The notes beneath the pieces are model-generated. The model did not search any database. It was not told the DNA's origin and was given only the letters and a program-made list of their open reading frames with translations. A stretch of 64,000 bases of DNA from Macrostomum hystrix (Eukaryota > Animalia > Platyhelminthes), in the NCBI GenBank assembly GCA_950097015.1, contig CATNEN010000002.1, positions 1,488,001-1,552,000 of the forward strand, read 5' to 3'. Positions 55,097 through 64,000 of the stretch are shown here, in pieces. Within the stretch, counting starts at the first letter, position 1; every line of letters starts with the position of its first letter. Both the position numbers and the translations under genes were made by a program.

Positions 55097-57693
55097 AAGT
55101 GGTTCTCAACCTGTGGGTTGCGACCCCCACTGGGGTCCCATGACCATTTTTCTGGGGGTTGCAGCAATAAGAAAAATATGAAAAAATGTATTTTTTATTG
55201 GGGAAGAACCCTTGAGATATTAGAGTAAAAAATATATAGTAAAAGTAAAATTAAGTCAAAGGCTGTTAGCTACATTGCAATGGCTATAGCACTAGCAGCC
55301 TAGCACTCAACTTAAAGTTGCAACACAAAATATGCATGCAGTCTCAAGCTAAGCCTCTTCTGCTAGATATGGACTGAGTCACACGACACCACACGACAAG
55401 CAAAACAAACTTTCCTTCTCTGTCTCCCTTCTGCCTTACCCCAGCAAGTTTAACACAAACAATTGCAACTCCTTACCTAGAGGAGGAACTCTTCTCACCA
55501 ACCCACCCCCACATTCAAACGCATTCTCATTCCTTTTGGCTTAGCTGATTGGAGGCACAAGGAAGATTAGGGAAATGATAGATGGAACAAAACATCTGAG
55601 TCATAGCCAAGTCTAGAGAAGGCAAACTGGGATTCTCATATATGATATATGTCTCTGCTGGGAGAAATATGAGCATACAAGTGTAAAACTGATAAAGTGA
55701 ATACAGAATAACTACAGAGAGGCATCTGCTTAGATATTCAATCTCATCTATTGTTAATGGCAATGTCTGCAAACTCACGTAAGCGCAGTTATAATGAAGC
55801 ATTTCTTGAGTTAGGTTTCACAACTACAAATGAAAAACCACCATGTGTTATCTGCGAAGTCACATTGTCAAAGGAGTCAATGAAACCAAACAAACTCAAG
55901 CGCCATCTGCAAACGCAGTACCCTGAAGTTGCGACTACGCCACGTGACTACTTTATGGAGAAGCTGAAGGCGTTGGACAGGAAGAAAGGCTGCCGTGAGA
56001 GCTTCATATGTTGCTGCTCTTCACATTGCCAGGAAGATGAAGCAAGCCCCACAAATTGGTGAAGAGCTTCTGCTTCCCATGATGAAAGTCATTGGCATCA
56101 TGTGCCATAAAGTTAGAATCGCTATCCATGTCCAATGACACTGTGAGACATTGTATCCACGACATGTCCAATGACATCCTATCTCAAATCATGAAGGTAA
56201 GATAATCACCATTCTTTGCCATTCAATTGGACAAATCAACAGACATCACTAACCAAGCACAGTTGCTGGTGTATGTTTGCTACCTTCATGGAAAAGGCTT
56301 TGAGGAAAACTTTCTGTGTTGCAAATCTTTGCCCTGTCACATTCATGGAGAAGACATCTTCAATGTCATCAACAAATTCATGCAGTCAAATTCTACCAGC
56401 ACTATATGGCAGTGTGCACAGATGGAGCAGCAGCATGCACAGGAAAGAACAGTGGTGCTGTGAAATGCATCCAAGATGTCACGCCTGACACTAGCTAGAC
56501 ACATTGCTTCATCCATCATGAAGTACTGGCAGCCAAAGACTTGTCAGCTGACCTCCACGCCGTGGTGACAGACATTGTTTCCGTGGTGAATTTCATCAAA
56601 AGCCGACCTCTGAATCATCAACTGTTAACAGCGCTATGCAAGGAAATGGGGACTGAGCACAGTTCCCTCCTTCTCCACACCAAAGTTTGCTGGCTATCAC
56701 GTGGTCATGTGCTCAACAGCAATTTTGAACTGAGAGAAGAAGTTGGTCATTTCTTGCACAACAAAGACCACAAAAAATCACTGAACTTTAAGGACCGCTG
56801 CTGGCTAGCCAAATTGGCTTATCTGTGCAACATTTTTGGCAGGCTGAACAGATTGAATCTATCACTTCAAGGAGCAGAGAAGACCATTGACCATTGTCAA
56901 CAGCAGATCTGCAATCACTGCCTTTCAGAAAAAGATAGAGCTAGTCTTTGACAGCTTCACCAAAGACAAAGAGGATCTGCACAGAGATTTGGCAACAACC
57001 ATCGTATCACACCTTGAAAATCTCAAGCAACAATTGACACATTATTTCAGTGAAGCTAGGAGCAAGTACTCGAGTCAATATCCATGGATGGTGTCTCCCT
57101 TCACAACTTCTCCCAATGACACTGTCTCGCTGCCATTTGCTATTGCAGAGCACCTGCTTGATTTGTTTTCCGACATCAGCTTCAAGGTGCTGTTTCCCAC
57201 CATTGCTCTGGTGGAGTTTTTGTGCAGCTTGCTTGCCGCTGCCAATGCTGTGAGGCACTTGCTCCCCTTTGTGTCTATCTGGTCATGTGAGACAGGCTTC
57301 AGTGCTCTCATGGCGCTGAAATACAAAGCCAGGAATCGTCTAAATGCCAAGAGTGATCTGCGTTTGGCACTGACAAAGAAAGATTTTCCTCAAATCAACT
57401 TGTTGTGTGGCAAAATGCAATTCCAACCCTCTCACTGAAAAGTGCATTTGTGACACTGATCTTAAAACTGAAAAAATTTACTGGTTTTTGTTGTTTGTTT
57501 GTTTGTTGCTTATTTGTATTCTTGTTCATAGTTTTTCTTGTTTTATTTTAATTCTAAATATATGCATACATTGTGTGAGTACATTATACTTGATGTTGCA
57601 TGATATTGATTACCTATTACAAAAGGGTCACACAGAAAAAAATAGATGCAAGTGAATAAATTAGGGTTGCCTGAAAAATGTTGAGAACTGCTT
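55097..57693 (+). mobile_element. Degenerate hAT transposon, Buster group
   Basis: TIRs aagtggttctcaac and gttgagaactgctt, with 8-bp TSD ACTTAGAC (55089-55096, 57694-57701, NNNTANNN type). The frameshifted transposase (55770-57438) includes CVICEVTLSKESMKPNKLKRHL, QLDKSTD, CTDGAAA, VNFIKSRPLN, WLSRGHVL and CETGFSAL...K.K.RNRL. Confidence 0.92.
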
Positions 57694-60164
57694 ACTTAGA
57701 CATTATATGTAAATACCTCTGTAGGCCTAACTATTGAAAGTTAGGCCTATTAGAGATTTGAAATGCAACAACTTTATTGGCATTGTGAAAATAAAGTCAG
57801 AATAGTACAGGCTAATTAACCTGGCTGTCCCTAGGACAACTTTGGTGGCATCAGACCTTACAAAGAAATTATGCCTACAACAACATTTGTGTCATTCAGT
57901 GGGACCTAATTTATTAGAAAATAACCTTACAACATTAATTATTAATTGCAGTAAAGGGCTAAATATTTAGATTTTAATTGATTTTTAATAAGTTATTTTC
58001 TGGTAAAAAATTATAAGCCCTTATTGAATTGAATGCAAAGCAATGACATTTTAACTTTAAGAAAACGCACCTTATCTGTCTAAATATGGTCTCGAAGGAT
58101 ATGTAGTAGTTGCGATTAATGCCGTATTTTTTTACATTTAAAGTTTTGTATTTCCTAGAAATGTAATGCTACCGTAGAATTAAATATTTTGTTTATCTGA
58201 CGTTTTTGTTAAAATCATGTCCGCCACCCCAAAAGAAACCTAATATATACGAGCGATTTTAGACACAAAAAACCCAACTGGCGTTTCTCCGCAAGTTCTT
58301 GAAAAGCAAGCTGTTCAAGCAAATAAAGTTTTCTTTCCTTAATCATTTTAGCTAAAGGCTACAAGCAGGAAAGTGTATGCCATAAGTGAGAATTCGTATT
58401 GAAATAAGACATCCAGGTTGGATCAAATTAGACAGAAGGCCCAGAAGGGATTTAAGTATTGCAGATTTGCAAAGTAAAAAGTGATGAAATAAGGAGTAAT
58501 TCCGAATAAGAGAGTGATTGTGTGTAAGATTGGACACCCTCCGATCCACTGGTAGCCCTTTATTGGGACTGAGTTTAAGAAGACTGTGTCAATAATATAT
58601 TCAGTGCAAATAATATACATATGAGTTATTCACGTTAATAAGTTTAAAATAGTGTCTTGCCGCTCGGACACTTGTATGCTATCACAGAGTAGGCCTAAAT
58701 AACAACTCTAATATAATATTACAAAGTGTTATACCAATTAAGATTGCTAAAGTTTAAAAGCCCTGTGACCACTTGATAGAATATTAACAAGTAAGAGAGG
58801 AGCCCTCCCACAGATATTAACTGTAGGCTAACATAGAACTAGGCATAATGATAAGTGATAGGCCCTAACTTACTGATTCTAGAAGTAGGCCTATAAGCCT
58901 TAGCTCAGCTATCCGGCATCTTTCTTAAACAGCTGAGCTGAATAAAGATAAAAAAGACACTACACATAATATACTTTCCATGGCTACACTTTATAAAGAC
59001 ACAAAAGCCACCTATTACAAATATTTGGTCCTAAGTTTTAAACATATATTGCTCAGTGTAGTTCCTGGACACTCCGTAATATGCGGACACTTTGTCATCC
59101 AGCCAATCGGCAAATCTTAAATTTAGATCAGTTAGGTCTATCTATCAATATAAACTACAGTGTTGACTTGATTTTAAATTACCGCTGCGCACAATATTCG
59201 GAAAACTCAGGACAAACTGAGTGTTCTAGGCGATCAAAAATGAAAGTTCAGTTATTTAAATTCGTTGAGCTGATAACAAATAACAAAAGCGAAAATGTTC
59301 GTTAAAAATTCATATACCTAGGCCTACCGTAAAAAGAAAAGTGATCGTTATAACGCCGCACAGTTAGTTGGTACGCTTGCAGACTGCATGGGGACCAGAC
59401 AATTTAGCGAGACAAAAAATATGATATTGTTAGAAAAAAGTCCACGAAATAGTTCACCGCAGGCACGAAAATAAAAAAAACCGAAGTATTGAACTTTTTA
59501 AGTATGGAAATAAATAACGAAGAAAATTACAAGGCTAATTGAACTTGCTGGTGGTCAATTTGAAACTTGCATTTTAAATACGAGATTCGCACGAAGCATA
59601 AAGGTAGTAATTAAGCAACAAAATGCTTGGTGGCATTGGTTGGACACACTGCCATAAATTATAGAGACGACGAAGTGTCTACAAGTCTTGGTCACTACGC
59701 CATCCACCCTCTTAAACCCTGGACACATCGTCATCCTGATGACGAAAAAGCAGATGAGGAAGTGTCCAGGAACCATGACAACCTGCTTGGTGTGACCATA
59801 ATATATTTCTAGCTATGACATGGTCAAAAAGAAAAAATGCCTATATAACTGGCATATGATTATGCACATTATTTATAGCATGTATACAAATTTGACCGAT
59901 CAGTTTTTACCGACGTTAAACCGCCGTTAAAATATACTTTACACCGGACTTGCGTAGTCCGCCGGCATCTGTATAGCAGCGTTACGGTGGCCTTTCGCAG
60001 CCTTTCTTCTACTAGCATTTGAGCCACTTTTGCTAGGTAAAACATGCAATTGCAAATTGCTAACTGCAATCATATGGATGATTGATGACAGACTTTGAAA
60101 GGGCCCAAATGAATGCCATTCGACAGGTTTTTAACCTTAAATCAACAGGCTGCCTGTTTAATTA

Positions 60165-60520
60165 TTTGTGCCAATGCGTCTACCGGCCGCAGGGCAGGCT
60201 GCCTCTTTGGCTACGAAGTTGACCGCTATAGCAGCATTTGAGGCATTCATTGCGCTTCCTGGCTTCCCTGAGCAGCTTCAGCCAATCGCCGACAATTTCG
60301 GGGATAACTGGCAACATTTTGGCGCGACCGTTTCAACATGGCAACAGACGGCCGCCAATTTTTCCCATCGCTGTCTGGAATGTGACGTTTCCAGTCAGTG
60401 CTGCAGTGCTCGAATCCAAGCATCTTCAAGCTGCTTCTCAGCCTAAAGACAGAGCAGGATCACAAAAATGGCAGATGCAACAGGCAAGAGCCGGTGAGGC
60501 ATGCCATGGTGCTTCAAATC
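60165..60520 (+). pseudogene. Probable Mutator-like (MULE) transposase C-terminal remnant
   Basis: Frameshifted segments AFEAFIALPGFPEQLQPIADNFGDNW, GNRRPPIFPIAVWNV and CSNPSIFKLLLSLKTEQ follow the order of MULE C-terminal motifs as I recall them. No TIRs were found. Confidence 0.5.
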
Positions 60521-61974
60521 ACGCAGAGATGGAAAGATGCCGAGATGGACTGCTGGCTGATTTCCCTTTACGCCTGTGCGCGGAGTTGCACACCATCGAA
60601 AAAGTGAACATTTTGTCTTCCCTGAACGTTAATACTTAATTATAAATGCCGTAAGTCATCAGTCTCATATTTATATTTTTCTCTTAATCAACAGTCAAAA
60701 CTCGTGTTTACCAACTTGTTCGCTGCATGGTGGAGCATAGCACGCCCACAACTACAAGAACTAATCGAGCAACTGAGCGACGGGTGGTCGGAGGACACAT
60801 CTCTGATCTCCGGGTTGCCACATCTCTGCGCGCCACCCTTCGAAACGGGCTGTCCTGGTGCAATGCGAGGATTTCCAACTGGAGGCTTGGCGCAGTGTCG
60901 TCGCCGGTGTGCAGTAATTGTACAGACAGTGCATGAATGTTACAACGGCCCATAGACTAAGGCTGCACGCAGCCAGGCCCTTCGCAGTCAGCGTAGGCAG
61001 GATTCTCATTTTGGGTGGCTTTATTCTCAGCTAGGCTGACAAAACCAATATCATATTTAGGTCTCTATAAAATAGCAGCTGCATGCGAACTATGCATTAG
61101 AGTACAGAAGTCATGATTTGAAGGTTGAGCTACTCAGAAGAAATGCATATTTTCTGCATATCAGAAATTATGCAACTCAAACGAACTATATTTTCTTTCT
61201 ATATATTTCGTGCACCAAAATGGCAGATCCATTATAGAGGACACTTTTAGACTAAACTGTATCGTAATATAATACAGGACAAAGGAAAAAAGAAGGAAAT
61301 TGCTCCTTTCAAATTATTTTATTGCTTGTTGGAAAATCTTGTTAACCCTACGAAAGCTATCTCTGAAAGTGGGACTTAATAAATCACCGAGTTACGTTTG
61401 CTAATTTTAAACAGATATTTAGATTTTGGCGAGCTAGTTTACGAAATTTTAATCGGAGCAACACCTTAAACAATGGTTAATTAAATCCAGAGAATTAAAG
61501 AATAATTAAAAATGATTTGTTATTACATGATCTCTTTGCTACAAGAGTAAACAAACTATTATATAGTAGAGCAGGTTGTAAATTATCACTATGACAATTG
61601 TTAACATTGTTGATAAACTGCAAATGATATTCATATATATATGCGTGTGTGTAGGCATCAAAGTGCTCCAGGGCTACCTACTACTAAGTAGGCTGTGTGG
61701 GGGCAACTAAAACGTTTAGTAAAAAAATAAAAAACCAATTTTATTGAAATAGCTCATCTGTAGTTAAACGTATAAATAAAGCCTAATTTTTAGTTGCAAA
61801 ATGGACCTACAGTGAATTGAACGGACGATTAAAAAACGTTCTCAAGCGTCAGCGGAATTGGCTGATTCGCCTCTGCCGGCTGAGGGTCAGTGATATTAAT
61901 ATCACAATAGCCTGTAAATTATTACTAAAAAATTAATATATATTTGCCAGGACATTATTTCACAGAATTTTCTA

Positions 61975-62170
61975 TTACACCTCTACCAATAGGGCCAGAT
62001 GTGCAGCCGACAGCTCAGCCCCAGCTATTGCGCGGCGCATCTGAATGCTGTGTACGACAGTTCAGTCCATGGACGCCATACACACCCTCAATTACCACAG
62101 CAATGCAGAGTTAAGTGTCTTGCTAAAGTGGCACAAATTCCACCAATGGATTCGGGAATCGAACCCTAAA
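61975..62170 (-). mobile_element. Internally deleted SINE family A copy
   Basis: gggccagatgtgcagccgacagc...cggcgcatctgaa...ttcagtccatggac...gcaatgcagagttaagtgtct...gggaatcgaaccc matches 25540-25765. Confidence 0.75.
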
Positions 62171-63044
62171 CCCCACTGAATGAACTGCTACCAATTAATT
62201 GTAATATCTTATTCACCATCCTATCAAAGAAATCAATCATCAAAAAACTGCGAATGATGAAACAGAAAAGACAAAACAGTCGTATGACAAAAACCGACAT
62301 GAAGGCATATGAACAATTAGCATAGCTTAGAGAGTGTATGAATTCTAAGAGTAGAGACAAAAATTTAATGCAATAAAAGCTAAGATTGAACATAGCGTTC
62401 AATTTCCAATTTTTTTAAAGAAACTTGAAGTATCGTGTGAAAATGTTCACCTCAGCAGTCAGAATGTGTTGTACAATCTGATTCAAAGCTCAGCAGCTTG
62501 GCATTCGATTGAAATGATCCCTTCAAATAAATATTTATACGCTGATTTTTAGCTTATCAAGGATGCTGATTTGTACTTTTTTCAGCAGATTTTAGGGAGA
62601 AAATGCCCAATGAAGCCGTGCTGCGTTTAGAACACAGACGCAATATACCAATGTGAAACGGGCCACGCGCCTCGACGTTCTACCTCGTTTCAGCCCTCTG
62701 CAGCCTATCAATATTGGCATTTAGTCCATGGTTATTAAATTTGCGAAACATCGTTAAACAATCCACTTGTCAGTGAAGCGTTGATAGTATGCTAAACCAT
62801 AGTAACAATAACAATATAACTGCCTATCCAGCCAATCACGTGCCTGGGGTGGGTAGCAAGAAGGGGTTCCCCTTATTATTTCTAAAAATAGCGAAAAATC
62901 GAAGCTCACTTAGCCGTCACAAGGATTAGATATGCGCGTTTTTCCATCACCAATAAAACAGTTTCCGATTTTCACACTAAATCTAATTAACTATTTTTTC
63001 GGGGAAAAAAACTAAATTAAACCTGCTGCCAAAGAGTTCGCTTT

Positions 63045-63278
63045 CTACTGGATGACGCATTTCTCTTTGGCGTCGGCCAGCATCTTCTGCGGCACCGCGG
63101 TGACGTTCTTGACGGTGTCTCGCATGCCCTCTGGCAGCACGGAGGTGAAGTCCTCTTCGTCTTCTAAATCGCGCTCGGCTGCCAGCTCCTCCGGGGTCTT
63201 GCGCTTGCGGCCCAAACGGCCAGCCGGATCGTCGGGCGGAATCATGCTGATTGGGTCCTCCTTCTTCTGGATGTTGTA
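63045..63278 (-). CDS. CPLX: Complexin, terminal exon with CAAX box (upstream exons outside the window)
   Basis: After the aag acceptor: YNIQKKEDPISMIPPDDPAGRLGRKRKTPEELAAERDLEDEEDF...KEKCVIQ*. This matches the invertebrate complexin pattern KYNIKKKEE...RKKKTPEELAAE...KCVMQ. Confidence 0.85.
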   Translation of the reverse strand, partial: YNIQKKEDPISMIPPDDPAGRLGRKRKTPEELAAERDLEDEEDFTSVLPEGMRDTVKNVTAVPQKMLADAKEKCVIQ

Positions 63279-63469
63279 CTTCAGCGGATGGGATATTGTG
63301 GCTTTGAGACACGTGCTAGAAAAAACAACACACATACTAAAACCAGGGCATCGACTTAGGCGAGAAATTTTTCATAGCCTTTTTTGAACCCATTTGCTCC
63401 AGTCAATAGATTGGAAATTTCCCCATCATCGATGAGATTCTGCTTTTTTATCTAATCCATGGGATATGC

Positions 63470-64000
63470 ATATTCTCCTTAATAGCTGAGATTACGATAT
63501 TCTCCCGTAATAGTTGAGATTGGGATAGTCTCCCATAATAGCTGAGATTGGGATATTCTCCCATAATAGCTGAGATTGGGATATTCTCCCGTAATAGCTG
63601 AGATTGGGATATTCTCCCATAATAGCTGAGATTGGGATTCTCCCATAATAGCTGGGATTGGGATATTCTCCCATAATAGCTGAGATTGGGATTCTCCCAT
63701 AATAGCTGAGATTGGGATATTCTCCCATAATAGCTGAGATTGGGATTCTCCCATAATAGCTGAGATTGGGATATTCTCCCATAATAGCTGAGATTGGGAT
63801 TCTCCCATAATAGCTGAGATTGGGATATTCTCCCATAATAGCTGAGATTGGGATATTCTCCCGTAATAGCTGAGATTGGGATATTCTCCCATAATAGGTG
63901 AGATTGGGATATTCTCCAATAATAGCTGAGATTGGGATATTCTCCCATAATAGCTGAGATTGGGATATTCTCCCGTAATAGCTGAGATTGGGATATTCTC
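63470..64000. repeat. 28/25-bp minisatellite (aatagctgagattgggatattctcccat) in complexin intron
   Basis: Tandem copies run to the window end. Confidence 0.95.

Overview
Eukaryotic, intron-rich genomic DNA. It is most likely from a free-living flatworm (Macrostomum-like). That is an inference from the GC-rich exons, minisatellite-filled introns, and a TAL-type EF-hand gene. I assembled the gene models by hand from GT-AG boundaries and frame continuity. Plus strand: the last exon of a probable HMG-CoA synthase, a 10-exon PX-domain SGK kinase (2401-23979), a two-EF-hand gene (25170-26193, 3' end unresolved), an intronless 616-aa P-loop GTPase (27037-28887), a divergent ribosomal protein eL6 whose first found exon has no ATG (32097-35497), and a phospholipid scramblase (36750-42252). 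Minus strand: an ETX/MTX2 aerolysin-type pore-forming protein nested in an SGK intron (11215-12621), a secreted pacifastin-like peptide, an intron-containing bacterial-type S49 peptidase, BORCS6 and the last exon of complexin. Mobile DNA: an IS630/Tc1 element, an internally deleted Gypsy LTR element, a Buster-type hAT, a probable MULE remnant and two tRNA-derived SINE families. Most introns carry their own minisatellite. Best leads: (1) three canonical heat-shock elements plus a TATA box upstream of the intronless GTPase; (2) a possible EF-hand-eL6 fusion spanning that GTPase, or alternatively a spliced-leader-donated AUG for eL6; (3) the S49 peptidase as an intronised horizontal transfer; (4) the nested toxin gene. 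No CRISPR array, rRNA or true tRNA was found. Most long ORFs in the supplied track are repeat artefacts.
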